Shown piece by piece: positions 9,052 to 18,960 of a stretch of 64,000 nucleotides of DNA. The notes beneath the pieces are model-generated. The model saw nothing but the letters and a program-made list of their open reading frames with translations. It ran no database searches and was not told the origin of the DNA. Position 1 is the stretch's first letter. Each line of letters opens with the position of its first letter. Origin of the DNA: Anaerolineae bacterium (GTDB lineage Bacteria; Chloroflexota; Anaerolineae; VGOG01); NCBI GenBank assembly GCA_049589355.1, contig JBAWAP010000280.1, positions 32-64,031 on the forward strand. Direction: 5' to 3'. Position numbers and translations under genes: made by a program.

Positions 9052-9222
9052 GGAATTCTAGAGGTGAAGCGACGAGAAATCCCGTTCTTGGCAGACGGGT
9101 GATCTGTATGTGAGGAACGAGACCCTTCGCTTCCCCTTCGCTTTGCTCAGGGCAAGGCTCAGGGTGACAAATACAAGTGCGACTTTTTCCTCAATGCGTG
9201 ATGAGGCAACGAGGAAATAGAA

Positions 9223-9265
9223 ACGCCGACTCTGTGGGCTTGTCATGCCTGAGAGTCGGCGTTTT
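9223..9265. terminator. Hairpin ACGCCGACTCT..AGAGTCGGCGT followed by T-run; bidirectional terminator candidate between convergent genes
   Basis: Seen directly. Confidence 0.5.
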
Positions 9266-9449
9266 GTCTAGAGGGAGAGGGTTCTCTGAACTCCCATAAA
9301 CCCTTTGCTCCCCGGATTTTGTGAACCCGCAAAGACGAATGTCTGGGGTCTCTCAGTAGAAACTTGAGTTTCTCGTCCACCCTGCGCTGAATCTTCTCGG
9401 GGAGTGTGTGGTAGTCTTTCTTGGAGCGATCGGTGCGTCGTATCTTCAT
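9243..9449 (-). pseudogene. RelE/ParE-family toxin-like ORF, apparently C-terminally degenerate (68 aa)
   Basis: ..LPEKIQRRVDEKLKFLLRDPRHSSLRVHKIRGAKGLWEFR.. matches the RelE/ParE N-terminal two thirds; the conserved C-terminal (..YRIIY..) segment is absent. Confidence 0.45.
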
Positions 9450-9494
9450 GGCTTTGATGGCCTGGGCTCTTTTAGGCTAGGGAAGCCAAGCGAA

Positions 9495-9737
9495 TTAGCT
9501 CTTTAGCTCCCGAATCAGGTCTTCGACATCCTCGAATTCTTTGTACCTCCCTTGCGCCAGATCCTCTTTTGCCTCGCGGTAGCGCTCTTGCCACCCCTCT
9601 GTCCAGAACCACGACGGGTCTTCCACATCCTTGCTGCGCCACTGCAAGTAACCGATGAAGTCGAGCACTTCTACCATCTGGTCTTCGGATAGCTCATCCA
9701 AAGCTTTGACAACAATGTCTCTGCTGACTACTGCCAT
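9495..9737 (-). CDS. Putative antitoxin / addiction-module component (80 aa, acidic)
   Basis: Small acidic protein directly upstream of the RelE-like ORF (45-bp gap); family assignment uncertain. Confidence 0.4.
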   Translation of the reverse strand: MAVVSRDIVVKALDELSEDQMVEVLDFIGYLQWRSKDVEDPSWFWTEGWQERYREAKEDLAQGRYKEFEDVEDLIRELKS

Positions 9738-9827
9738 CTATACCACCTCCTGTAAGAAGTTCTTCTCGTTATTTTATCACCTGTGCGCTTTCTGGTCAAA
9801 TGAGAGGCTGTGAATCCCTTGCTCTTG

Positions 9828-11303
9828 TCAAGGGAACACCTGTCGCGTCCATTGGAGGGGGTCTACGTAGACGCCACCGACCCTGATCTCCCAGTGCAGG
9901 TGTGATCCGGTTGATAGCCCAGTGCTTCCGACCTTGCCAATAAGATCGCCTCTTTCCACCCTCTGCCCCGCTTTGACCGCGATTTCCGAGAGGTGGTAGT
10001 AGCCACTGTAGACGCCCAGGCCGTGGTCAATGATCACTGCTTTGCCTCGCACGGTCAGGTCCTCAGCCAGGGCTACGCGGCCGGCACCGGCAGCTAGCAC
10101 CGACGTTCCTGTCGCTGCCCCGTAGTCCTGGCCCTCGTGATAGCTTGTAGGTGGCCCGCCGCTGTAGGAACGCCGGGTTCCGAAAGCTGAGGTGACTCGC
10201 ACGTGGTCTCGGAGGGGGACTACAAACAGCCCTTCCCACAATGGTTGGCGACTGGATATCCCCACGATCTGGCTTAGGCGCTCGTTTTCAGCTTTGATCA
10301 GGGCTGGATCGAGCAGCTTGCTCGCCTCTGGCGGGAGGGCTATCTGCTCCGTGACGAAGTCGCCTGCTACTACTTGTACGAGTTCGCTCGCCCTGGTCGT
10401 TTTACCCGTGCCATCGGTGGCTGTGAGTTCCAGTAGGTATGGGCCGACCTGCGCGGTGGCCCGAATGCCCACTAAGGTCCAGTATTGGCCGCCTTCTCCC
10501 ACAAAGACAAGGGGCCTGTTGTCACTTGTACTGAGCCCTGTCGAAGTGAAGGAGCCAGCCAGGTTCAAAGGCACTGTGTCCTGAGCCTGTCGAAGGGCGT
10601 CGGTCTGCACTTTAATAACCAAAGTTTGCCCTTGAATCACCGGGAGGGGCTTTAGCTCCACGGCGATGAAAGGCGAAGGCAGGGGGGTGCTCGGAGTGGA
10701 GCCAGGGATGGCCAGGCGCTGCCCCACGAAGATCAGGGAGGGATTAGCGAGGTCACTAGCCGCGACGATGGCCGAGATGGTCGTCCCATAGCGCAAAGCT
10801 ATTCGAGTCAGCGTCTCCCCTGGCTGCACGACGTGGATTTGAGTCGGCGCAGTGTCCTGAGCTACGTCGCTTGTACTGAGCCCAGTCGAGGTGAAGGGCT
10901 GTCGAAGGGATGGCGCAGAGTCACCAGCGCTGGGGATGATCAATCGCTGGCCCACGTGAATGAGATTGGGGTTGAGGATGCTATTGAGTTCTGCTATGGC
11001 TCGGACCGTGGTGTTGTAACGACGGGCGATGAGGGACAGAGTCTCGCCTAACCGGACGACGTGAACGACAGTGGACTCTGGTGGTGGGGCGGCTTGAACA
11101 GGGGCCACACATAGCGCCACTTGAGCAGCTATCAATATCGCCGCCAGAAGTTGAGTTAGACGAGACTTCGGAAGTCTCAAAAGTGTTCTACCCAGCGGCT
11201 TTTTAGGCGATTTCAAGTCGCTCTTGCCTTCAAAATCCTCGGCTGAAGACTTCCGAAGTCTAACCTCAACCGAAATGAAACGCACCCGATTCAATAGTCC
11301 CAA
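9828..11303 (-). CDS. LysM-repeat (x2) M23 family metallopeptidase, secreted
   Basis: Two LysM motifs (VVHVVRLGETLSLIARRYNTT..; IHVVQPGETLTRIALRYGTT..). C-terminal M23 motifs (HEGQDY.., GSTGLSTGSHLHWEI). The annotated N-terminus overlaps an AGACTTCCGAAGTCT palindromic repeat, so the true start is probably internal (~11.2 kb). Confidence 0.8.
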   Translation of the reverse strand: MGLLNRVRFISVEVRLRKSSAEDFEGKSDLKSPKKPLGRTLLRLPKSRLTQLLAAILIAAQVALCVAPVQAAPPPESTVVHVVRLGETLSLIARRYNTTVRAIAELNSILNPNLIHVGQRLIIPSAGDSAPSLRQPFTSTGLSTSDVAQDTAPTQIHVVQPGETLTRIALRYGTTISAIVAASDLANPSLIFVGQRLAIPGSTPSTPLPSPFIAVELKPLPVIQGQTLVIKVQTDALRQAQDTVPLNLAGSFTSTGLSTSDNRPLVFVGEGGQYWTLVGIRATAQVGPYLLELTATDGTGKTTRASELVQVVAGDFVTEQIALPPEASKLLDPALIKAENERLSQIVGISSRQPLWEGLFVVPLRDHVRVTSAFGTRRSYSGGPPTSYHEGQDYGAATGTSVLAAGAGRVALAEDLTVRGKAVIIDHGLGVYSGYYHLSEIAVKAGQRVERGDLIGKVGSTGLSTGSHLHWEIRVGGVYVDPLQWTRQVFP

Positions 11304-12127
11304 AGCGTGAATGTGCCTCCTTCCTCTGTGAGATAGGTCAGGATACTCTGGTAAGCTGGGTCAGGGCCTATTTCGTTCATGGTCTTTCTCACAGCCTGCT
11401 CCAGGGTCAGTTTTTCCGTAGTTAAGCCGCGCAAAAGGTGTAGGATTGCCTTATCGTTGTGAGATAGGTCCACCCACCCGTTCCAGCCGATGACGGCTGA
11501 GGCTCCCCGTTCGATGAATGCCTGCGCCAGGTCCGGTGTGCCCAGGCTTTGGCATCCACCGATGATGATCAGGGTATCATCGAAACGGCCCACCATGTCC
11601 TGCCTAACGAATCCTGCGACGATGGCGAAGTAGAGAGGAGCGTTGTCGTCGAAGAGAACCCTGGCGCGCCCAATGCGGTTTGCCAGTTGCTCCTTAACGT
11701 ACTTGCCCTTTTCGTAGAGCTCTGAAGTGAAGAGGAACACGGGGCCGCCTGGGAGGGTTTCGTTGAGGATATTCGTGGAGTGAGTGCGAATAAGGATCAG
11801 CTTGTAGCCTTTCGTAGGCAGGGTTCTATAGAACTCAACCGTAATCTCTTCCCCTTCGTAGACATCAACACTGAATCCGGCCTCCTCCAGATAAGCCAGA
11901 GCTTGGTCGGTAAACTCTGGATCTGGATTGGTTAAAGCTATTTGATCCACCAGGGCTGCTTTTCTGACCTCAGGCTCTGGGGTAGGAGTGACCTGCTGCG
12001 GAGAAGAGCAGGTAGTAGCAAAGATGAGCGCGAGAAGGGCCAGGAGCACGGCTATGGGTCCTATCCCAGGGAGGTATGCCCTTCGAGGTTCGGTTTCGTA
12101 GTCTTCTCCTACGCGAGTGTTTCCCAT
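11291..12127 (-). CDS. Hypothetical membrane-anchored protein (N-terminal TM); candidate His/Cys dyad (..IRTHSTN.., ..IIIGGCQSLG..) suggestive of a caspase-fold peptidase; translationally coupled to mvk
   Basis: ATG immediately follows the mvk stop (TAGATG); domain call is inference only. Confidence 0.3.
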   Translation of the reverse strand: MGNTRVGEDYETEPRRAYLPGIGPIAVLLALLALIFATTCSSPQQVTPTPEPEVRKAALVDQIALTNPDPEFTDQALAYLEEAGFSVDVYEGEEITVEFYRTLPTKGYKLILIRTHSTNILNETLPGGPVFLFTSELYEKGKYVKEQLANRIGRARVLFDDNAPLYFAIVAGFVRQDMVGRFDDTLIIIGGCQSLGTPDLAQAFIERGASAVIGWNGWVDLSHNDKAILHLLRGLTTEKLTLEQAVRKTMNEIGPDPAYQSILTYLTEEGGTFTLWDY

Positions 12128-13057
12128 CTAGCTCACCTCGGTGACAATAATGTTCCTAGCCCCGGCCAATCGCAACATCATGTCCACTCGGCTGCGCGTT
12201 TCCGGAGTGACCAGGGCGATGATGTTGCCCCCGCGCCCAGCCCCGGAGAGCTTGGCCCCCAGTGCCCCCCCCCGGCGAGCGGCCTCCACCAGGCCCTCCA
12301 CCTCCGGCGAGGAGACACCAATGAGCCGGAGCAAGCGCTGATTTTCATTCATGAGTTGCCCCACTGTCTCGATCTCTCCCCGTTCAATAGCCTGGCGTCC
12401 CATCTCAGCGATGGTCCCGATCTCATCGAATATCTCCTCGTACTTTTCTCGCTCCCTTTCCCAGGCCCGGCGCACTTGGCCCACGGCTATCTTGGTGGGG
12501 CTGGCTATCCCAGTGTCGGCGATAGCCAGCAGAAAGGGGCTCTTGACCGAAAAGATTTCTATCTTTTGACCCTTGGCGAAATACACTGGCTTCTCGAAAG
12601 CGATGACGGTGTTGTCAATGCCACTGGGCGTGCCGTGGTGGATCTTCTCGGTTTCGTATACCAGATTGGAGATCATCTGGGGGGGCACCAAGCTCTCGAA
12701 GTGCTTGCTGAGGGCGCGGACGATGGCCGTGGAAACCGCCGCCCCGCTGCCCAACCCTCGCGCGATGGGGATGGTGGAGCTGACGGTGATGGTCAGGTCC
12801 GGTTGCGTCCCCACTCCAATGTGCTCCAGGGTGCTGATCACGATGGCTCGCAAAGCATCGTTGGGCGGTGCCTGGTCAAGGGAGTAGTTTTGCTCTAGGT
12901 CTTCGGCGATAATGGTGATGCCTTGGCCTTCAGGACCCGTTTCGACTGTAGCCTTGGCCTTCACCTGAGTTACAGGCACAGCGATGGCGGGCTGGCCGTA
13001 GACTACCGCGTGCTCGCCGAAAAGGATGACCTTTCCTGGGGCGTAGGCGACAGTCAT
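12128..13057 (-). CDS. mvk: Mevalonate kinase (GHMP kinase family)
   Basis: GKVILFGEHAVVYG.., ..GLGSGAAVSTAIV.. GHMP motifs. Confidence 0.8.
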   Translation of the reverse strand: MTVAYAPGKVILFGEHAVVYGQPAIAVPVTQVKAKATVETGPEGQGITIIAEDLEQNYSLDQAPPNDALRAIVISTLEHIGVGTQPDLTITVSSTIPIARGLGSGAAVSTAIVRALSKHFESLVPPQMISNLVYETEKIHHGTPSGIDNTVIAFEKPVYFAKGQKIEIFSVKSPFLLAIADTGIASPTKIAVGQVRRAWEREREKYEEIFDEIGTIAEMGRQAIERGEIETVGQLMNENQRLLRLIGVSSPEVEGLVEAARRGGALGAKLSGAGRGGNIIALVTPETRSRVDMMLRLAGARNIIVTEVS

Positions 13058-13180
13058 CTTTTGCTCCCAGCGGCGTTTTAGTCATCCGCAAATCCAGTAT
13101 ATCACAGGAATGGATTCTACACAAAAAGGCAACCATTCGACGGTCGCCTTTGTTAGGAGCTTCGTAACTGCTCAGCCCGT

Positions 13181-13260
13181 GTCATTGCGAGGAGCGTTTT
13201 TTGCGACGAAGCAATCTCCTCCTTGCGGCTTGGGGATTGCTTCGCTTCGCTCGCAATGAC
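13181..13260. repeat. Short MITE copy (GTCATTGCGAG..GAAGCAATC..GATTGCTTC..CTCGCAATGAC); near-identical (reverse-complement) copy incl. flanks at 22760-22865
   Basis: Direct comparison. Confidence 0.85.
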
Positions 13261-13321
13261 AGCCTGAGTAGTCACGGAACTTCGATCTTTTGGTTGGACA
13301 GGAAGTCACCCAGAAAACGCA

Positions 13322-14746
13322 TTATCCCGACTTGTGGCCGCTATACGCTTTCAGGATGAGTGGCAGGTAGAGTCTGTATGGTGTAGCCGTCGGCGTGGGG
13401 GTGGGCGTGTGAGTGACGGTCGGCGTGGGGGTGGGTGTGTGGGTAGCCGTCGGCTTTGGCGTATCGGTTGGTGTCGGTGTGTTGGTAGGCGTGGGTGTGG
13501 GCGTGGGGGTGACCGTCGGTGTGGGTGTATAAGTTGGCGTTGCTGTTGCAGTGGGCGTGGGTGTAGGGATAGGCAAGCCGTACTTGCTTACCCCACTATA
13601 GGTACCGAACCAAATGTTCCACTCGTTGTCTGTGGCGATGGCACGGACGTCATCATCTGCCAAACCTGAGTTTAAAGTATCATAGGTCGTCCAGGTGACC
13701 CCATCGAACTCGCTCACCCCGTACCCCTGAGTGCCAAACCACTTGTTCCCTCGCCAGTCTATGGCGATAGCGTTGATATCCTTGTCTCCAGGGTTCCAGA
13801 TTGCCCAGCCGCCATCGAATCGGCTCACCACGGCATTGGCGCAGCCTAGGAAGTCACACCACTCATCATATACGCCCTTACACCCTCCAAACCACTTCAC
13901 ATTGGTGCCCTCTATGGCGATGGCCCGGACATGATCACTCTTCAACTCTGGGTCTGGTATATAATAGGTGGTCCATATCTCTCTTGCCACGTCGAATTTG
14001 CTCACCCCGCATCGTTTTTCTGTAACACCTGCACAACAGGCAGAGGTGCCAATCCACACATTGCCGGAGTTGTCTGCAGCGATGGCATTGACAGCGTCAC
14101 ACACTAGCTGTGAGTTCGAGGTATTATAGGTCCTCCAGTTCCCGCTCCCTCTGTCGAACTTGCTCACTCCGTATCCAAATCCATCGCTCACCTTAGTGCC
14201 GACCCACACATTGCCGAAACTGTCTATGGCGATGGCAGAGATACGAGGAGAGGCTAGCCCTGGGGTCGAGGCATCATAGGTGGTCCAGGTGTCATCGCTC
14301 TTGTTATGGGGGGTGCCGTTGTCATCGAGCACACTCACCCCGCCTTGAGTACCAAACCACTTATTACCTTCCTCATCTATGGCTATGGCAGTGACACGTC
14401 CATTCACCAATCCACCGGGGGTCTTCTCATAGGTCGTCCATCTCTCTCCGTCGAATACACTAACCCCTCTATTAGTACCGAACCATTTGTTTCCCCCTTC
14501 TATAGCGATGGACAGGACGACATTAGTCGCCAATCCCGAGTTGGAGGTGTTGTACGTCGTCCAGGTGCCCTCGTCAGTGCGGTGAGAGTTAGCCGCTTGT
14601 GACGAGGAAGCCAGCCTGCTAGGGAGAGCGGAAGGGAGCCCATGCCCAAGGGTGGTCAAAAGGGCTACCAGAAGAGCAGAGGCTGCCATTAAATACAGCA
14701 GTCTGGTGAGTATGGCGGTTATCCACTTGATATTTAGCCTGGTCAT
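13322..14746 (-). CDS. Secreted beta-propeller repeat protein (two-component-regulator-propeller-like W-x-G-T..G-V-S-x-F-D..WTTY repeats) with C-terminal Pro/Thr-rich low-complexity tail
   Basis: ~9 repeats of ..NKWFGTxxGVSxFDGxxWTTY..; signal/TM at N-terminus; PTPTPT.. tail. Confidence 0.7.
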   Translation of the reverse strand: MTRLNIKWITAILTRLLYLMAASALLVALLTTLGHGLPSALPSRLASSSQAANSHRTDEGTWTTYNTSNSGLATNVVLSIAIEGGNKWFGTNRGVSVFDGERWTTYEKTPGGLVNGRVTAIAIDEEGNKWFGTQGGVSVLDDNGTPHNKSDDTWTTYDASTPGLASPRISAIAIDSFGNVWVGTKVSDGFGYGVSKFDRGSGNWRTYNTSNSQLVCDAVNAIAADNSGNVWIGTSACCAGVTEKRCGVSKFDVAREIWTTYYIPDPELKSDHVRAIAIEGTNVKWFGGCKGVYDEWCDFLGCANAVVSRFDGGWAIWNPGDKDINAIAIDWRGNKWFGTQGYGVSEFDGVTWTTYDTLNSGLADDDVRAIATDNEWNIWFGTYSGVSKYGLPIPTPTPTATATPTYTPTPTVTPTPTPTPTNTPTPTDTPKPTATHTPTPTPTVTHTPTPTPTATPYRLYLPLILKAYSGHKSG

Positions 14747-14954
14747 AGAAGTTCTCCTTTTGGAACTCTCTCGTTTGGCACGAAGTGTACTAGAGCGAGG
14801 GTTGCTTTTTCAGGCAATGCTTTCCCTGCGATCTATGTTATCATATATTGGGGAACTTGTCAAGGTTCTCGGGGAATTCTTAAGGTTCGTCTTGGGTGCG
14901 ATGGCCACCCCCTCTTTCCCCCCCAACGTTGGGGGGGAGGAAGGGGGGAGGAGG

Positions 14955-15821
14955 TTAGAGGAAGTACAAGACTGCTATCACAGCCAGCCCCCAAAGGCCA
15001 AGAGCTATCATCATGGGCAGATCACTTAGGAATATCTCCTCGGGAGTCCCGCCTTTGTTCTCGATGTGGATCAAGTAGAGATAGCGGAAGAGGCCGTAGA
15101 GGACAAAGGGGATGGTCAGCATCATGGCGTGGTTGGGCGGCAGGTTCGGTGCGGAGAAGGTGTAGAGAGAATAGGCGATAATCGTGGCCGAGGTAACGAC
15201 GGCGGTCATTTGATCCAGTAGAGGGAGGCTATACTCGTTCAGGCTGGCGCGGTGCTCGTTGGCGTTCTCCGCAAGGAGGATCAGCTCGTGGCGTCGCCTG
15301 CTGAACCCGATGAATAGCGCTACTAACGTGGTGCAGACGTAGAGCCAGGGGGAGATGGGGACGGAGATGACCACCGCCCCGGCTACCGCCCTCAAGACAA
15401 AGCCAGCGGCTACCGTCAGCACGTCAAGGATGACGATGTTCTTGAAGACAAAAGAGTAGACGGTCATGGTCAGGAAGTAGGCCAGGGCAACGAAGCCAAA
15501 GTAGAGGTTTAACAAGAAGGAGAGGGGCAGGGTGACGAGAGGGATCAGCACCCCGGCGGCAATAGCTACCGAAGGCTTCAGTTGCCCTGAGGGCAGGGGG
15601 CGCAGGCGCTTGGTCGGGTGCTGGCGGTCCTTTTCGATATCCACCACGTCATTGATGAGATAAACAGCGCTGGACATAAGGCAGAAGAGGACGAAGGCGG
15701 CAATGGTCTTAAGCAGGGGGACCGGCGTGAACAGCTCTTCGACGAACACCAAAGCCGTGAAGATGAACACGTTCTTGGGCCACTGTTTGGGCCGCATGGT
15801 TTTGAGGAGGCTAATTAACAT
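14955..15821 (-). CDS. UbiA-family prenyltransferase (decaprenyl-phosphate phosphoribosyltransferase-like)
   Basis: MLISLLKTMRPKQWPKNVF.., ..YLINDVVDIEKDRQHPTKRLRPLPSG..; preferred start is the internal ATG at 15821, not 16085. Confidence 0.8.
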   Translation of the reverse strand: MLISLLKTMRPKQWPKNVFIFTALVFVEELFTPVPLLKTIAAFVLFCLMSSAVYLINDVVDIEKDRQHPTKRLRPLPSGQLKPSVAIAAGVLIPLVTLPLSFLLNLYFGFVALAYFLTMTVYSFVFKNIVILDVLTVAAGFVLRAVAGAVVISVPISPWLYVCTTLVALFIGFSRRRHELILLAENANEHRASLNEYSLPLLDQMTAVVTSATIIAYSLYTFSAPNLPPNHAMMLTIPFVLYGLFRYLYLIHIENKGGTPEEIFLSDLPMMIALGLWGLAVIAVLYFL

Positions 15822-15825
15822 TTGT

Positions 15826-15859
15826 CCAGTATCCAATATCCAGTATCCAATATCCAGTG
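15826..15859. repeat. 14-bp tandem repeat CCAGTATCCAATAT x2.4 in the divergent ubiA/tlyA promoter region
   Basis: Seen directly. Confidence 0.8.
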
Positions 15860-15953
15860 CACTAGATGATACCAGATTATGGCGATTTGAGCAAATCGGC
15901 CTGTAGCTCGGTCGCAGCTTGACTTTTCGGTAAGTTACGGCTATCCTATAGCC

Positions 15954-16745
15954 GTGAGGAAAAAGCGTTTGGATGTGCTGCTGGTTGAGAGGGGTCTGGT
16001 CGAGAGCCGGGAGCAAGGCAAACGGCTGATCATGGCCGGCCAGGTCCTGGTAAACGGTCAGGTGGTGGACAAGCCGGGGATGCAAGTAGCCAGCGGCGCG
16101 GACATCTGCCTGCGGGCAAAGCTGCCCTACGTCAGCCGGGGTGGGTTAAAGCTGGAGGCGGCGTTAGACAGTTTCGCCGTTCCGGTGGCTGGGGTGGTGG
16201 CCGCTGATGTGGGGGCTTCCACAGGAGGATTCACCGATTGCCTGTTGCAGCGGGGCGCGAGAAAGGTCTATGCCATTGACGTAGGCTACGGCCAACTGGC
16301 CTGGCGTCTGCGCCAGGACCCGCGGGTGGTGGTCATGGAGCGCATGAACGTGCGCTACCTGGAGAGCCTACCAGAGCCCATTGACCTGGCTACCGTTGAC
16401 GTTTCCTTCATCTCTCTGGAGCTGGTGCTGCCCAGCGTCATAGGCTGGCTCAAGCCAGCGGGTGACATCATCGTCCTTATCAAGCCCCAGTTCGAGGCCG
16501 GGCGAGCAGAAGTAGGCAAGGGGGGAGTGGTGAAGGATCCCGAAGTCCACCGTGCTGTCCTGCGCAGAATCCTCGGTTGGGCCCTGGATCATGGCCTAGC
16601 GGTGCGAGGCCTGATCGCATCGCCACTCAAGGGACCGGCTGGCAATGTGGAATGTCTGGCTCACCTGAGCAAGGGCCGCGAGGAGACGAGCATCGAGATC
16701 GAGGAGGCCATAGCTAAGTGCCTTTTAGGTGCCCGGCACTTTTGA
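15954..16745 (+). CDS. tlyA: TlyA-family rRNA 2'-O-methyltransferase (hemolysin A-like)
   Basis: S4 domain N-terminus + FtsJ-like MTase (..[34 protein letters not shown]..); GTG start. Confidence 0.9.
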   Translation: MRKKRLDVLLVERGLVESREQGKRLIMAGQVLVNGQVVDKPGMQVASGADICLRAKLPYVSRGGLKLEAALDSFAVPVAGVVAADVGASTGGFTDCLLQRGARKVYAIDVGYGQLAWRLRQDPRVVVMERMNVRYLESLPEPIDLATVDVSFISLELVLPSVIGWLKPAGDIIVLIKPQFEAGRAEVGKGGVVKDPEVHRAVLRRILGWALDHGLAVRGLIASPLKGPAGNVECLAHLSKGREETSIEIEEAIAKCLLGARHF

Positions 16746-16832
16746 CCGAAACTTCAAAGGCAATGAGGGCTGGAAAGCATCTGAGTGGCTTGCTCCAGGC
16801 GACATCGGCAAGTGCCGGGCACCTCAGCCGCG

Positions 16833-16905
16833 TTTTGACTAACACCTTGGTTGTGGTGTATACTATGTGAAACGTGAAACGCCCAATCACGCTTCACGCA
16901 TCATG
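16833..16905 (+). promoter_or_regulatory. Candidate sigma70 promoter (TTGACT-18-TATACT) followed by GTGAAACGTGAAACG..CGCTTCACG direct/inverted motif, upstream of the C-N hydrolase gene
   Basis: Seen directly; the GTGAAAC repeat motif also recurs at 53575-53600. Confidence 0.4.
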
Positions 16906-16925
16906 TCAAAAGGAGTCAAGTTGCC

Positions 16926-17738
16926 ATGAAAGAGATCAGGGTGGCTGTGGTTCAGATGAACCCTCGTTTGGCCGAGGTCAGTGAGAACCTCGTGCAGATG
17001 TCCAATTTCGTGGAGAAGATTTGCAGCGAGCAAAAGGTGGACCTGGTTGTGTTTCCCGAGCTGGTCACCACCGGCTACGAGTGCGGGATGCGTTTTACCG
17101 AGCTGGCTGAGCGAGTGCCTGGGCCGACGGTTAACTTGTTGGCCCAGCGGGCTGCCGAGTTCAACACCCATATCGCCTTCGGGATGGCGGCCAAGGAAAG
17201 AGTGGAGAGCATCCTCTACAACGTCGCCATCCTGATCGGCCCCGATGGTGATTTGATCGGCCAATACCACAAGGTGCACCTGCGGGGGGAGGAGCGTTTG
17301 GCCTTCCGCCCCGGCTATCGGTATCCTGTCTTGGAGGCAGAGTTTGGCCAGGTAGGATTTCTAATCAGTTGGGACCTGGCCTTTCCCGAGGTGGCGCGCA
17401 GCTTGGCTTTGGATGGGGCAGGGCTATTGATCGTCTGCGCTAACTGGGCCCAGCCGGATGTGGAGGAGTGGCGCACTTATGTGCTAGCCAGGGCGTACGA
17501 GAACTCGCTCTTCGTGGCGGCAGCTAATCGAGTGGGGGAGGAGTACACCTACTCCTTCTTCGGCGAGAGCATGATCGTGGGCCCTCGGGGTGAGCGGTAC
17601 GCCTCCGTTGAGCAGGAGATCGAGGGCTATGGCGTGGCTCGCATTGACCTGGACAACGTCCGGAAATATCGCGAGGAGCTTCAGCTCTTGCAATACCGCC
17701 AACCGCAGACCTACAGGGCTATCGCCAGGAGGTACTAG
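16926..17738 (+). CDS. Carbon-nitrogen hydrolase family protein (nitrilase/amidase superfamily)
   Basis: ..VFPEL.. Glu, ..HKVHL.. Lys, ..CANWA.. Cys catalytic triad context. Confidence 0.85.
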   Translation: MKEIRVAVVQMNPRLAEVSENLVQMSNFVEKICSEQKVDLVVFPELVTTGYECGMRFTELAERVPGPTVNLLAQRAAEFNTHIAFGMAAKERVESILYNVAILIGPDGDLIGQYHKVHLRGEERLAFRPGYRYPVLEAEFGQVGFLISWDLAFPEVARSLALDGAGLLIVCANWAQPDVEEWRTYVLARAYENSLFVAAANRVGEEYTYSFFGESMIVGPRGERYASVEQEIEGYGVARIDLDNVRKYREELQLLQYRQPQTYRAIARRY

Positions 17739-17919
17739 TGGCAGGTACCGAAATCTCGCTATCAGACACTTTCATGAACGGGGCCCAGAAACCAGGTTTT
17801 TGGCTAGAGAAAGCAACTTCTCACAGCGCAGAGAGCCCCAAAAGCAATGGTCTGTCCACTCAAGTAGGGGAAAAACCTGGTTTCTCATTAACACACTTAT
17901 ATCAACACAGGAGGGAAGC

Positions 17920-18960
17920 TTGAAAACCATAGACCTGCGAAGCGACACTGTGACCTTGCCCACACCTGCCATGCGCGAGGCCATGTACCGGGCCGAGGTG
18001 GGCGACGATGTTTTCGGGGAGGACCCGACGGTTAATCAGCTGGAGGAGATGGCGGCCAAGCGCATGGGCAAGGAGGCGGCCCTTTACGTGGCCAGTGGCA
18101 CGATGGGGAACCTCGTCGCCCTGTTGACTCACTGCGGCCGGGGCGACGAGTTCATTGTAGGCCACCTGGCTCATACCTTTCTCTACGAAGCCGGCGGCTC
18201 GGCGGCGCTGGGTGGCATTCACCATCGCACTGTGCTGAACCAGCCCGATGGCACCCTGGACCTGGCCGACGTCGAAGCTGCTATCCGCGCCGAGAACGTC
18301 CATTTTCCCCGCAGCAGGCTGATCTGTCTGGAGAACACCCACAACCGCTGTGGTGGGGCGGTCCTCACGCCTGAGTACACCAAAGCAGTTTGCCAACTGG
18401 CGCAACGTCACGGCTTGGCCGTCCATCTCGATGGAGCCCGTGTCTTCAATGCGGCAGTGGCCTTAGGAGTTGACGTCAAGGAGCTGGTGGAGGACGTGGA
18501 CTCGGTGCAGTTCTGCCTGTCCAAGGGCCTGTCAGCACCTGTGGGCTCGGTCATCTGCGGAGACGAGGAGTTCATCTACGAGGCCCGGCGCAACCGCAAG
18601 ATCGTTGGCGGTGGCATGCGTCAGGCGGGCATCATTGCCGCCGCCGGCATCGTCGCCCTGGAGCAGATGGTAGACCGCTTGGCGGAAGACCACGCCAACG
18701 CTCGCCGCCTGGCCGAGGGCCTGGCCGAGATACCGGGGCTGGCCGTCAATTTGGACCGGGTGCAGACCAACATCGTCATCTTCGAGCTGGCCAGCGAGCG
18801 CCTGACACCGGTGGAGTTCGAGGCCAAGCTGGGCGAGAGGGGGGTGAAACTGCTGGCCATCGGCGGCCGTGGCTTGCGGGCCGTGACCCACTATGGCATT
18901 GAGGCCGACGATATCGAGGTGGCCTTGGCCGTGATGCGAGAGGTGATGGAGCCATTGTGA
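17920..18960 (+). CDS. ltaE: Low-specificity L-threonine aldolase
   Basis: ..[19 protein letters not shown].. PLP fold; TTG start at 17920 after AGGAGGGA RBS preferred over the long upstream ORF. Confidence 0.8.
   Translation: MKTIDLRSDTVTLPTPAMREAMYRAEVGDDVFGEDPTVNQLEEMAAKRMGKEAALYVASGTMGNLVALLTHCGRGDEFIVGHLAHTFLYEAGGSAALGGIHHRTVLNQPDGTLDLADVEAAIRAENVHFPRSRLICLENTHNRCGGAVLTPEYTKAVCQLAQRHGLAVHLDGARVFNAAVALGVDVKELVEDVDSVQFCLSKGLSAPVGSVICGDEEFIYEARRNRKIVGGGMRQAGIIAAAGIVALEQMVDRLAEDHANARRLAEGLAEIPGLAVNLDRVQTNIVIFELASERLTPVEFEAKLGERGVKLLAIGGRGLRAVTHYGIEADDIEVALAVMREVMEPL

Noticed and set aside
9058-9246. 62-aa ORF on minus strand between GIY-YIG and RelE-like genes
   Set aside because: Overlaps the predicted terminator hairpin; low-complexity; no support
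14955-16085. Longer UbiA ORF starting at 16085
   Set aside because: Extension would overlap the tlyA start on the other strand and has no similarity; internal ATG at 15821 gives a canonical family N-terminus
17590-17919. Long 5' extension of the ltaE ORF (start 17590)
   Set aside because: Overlaps the end of the upstream hydrolase gene, and the sequence is Arg/Ser-rich junk. The [10 protein letters not shown]-terminus is preceded by a good RBS and TTG at 17920.
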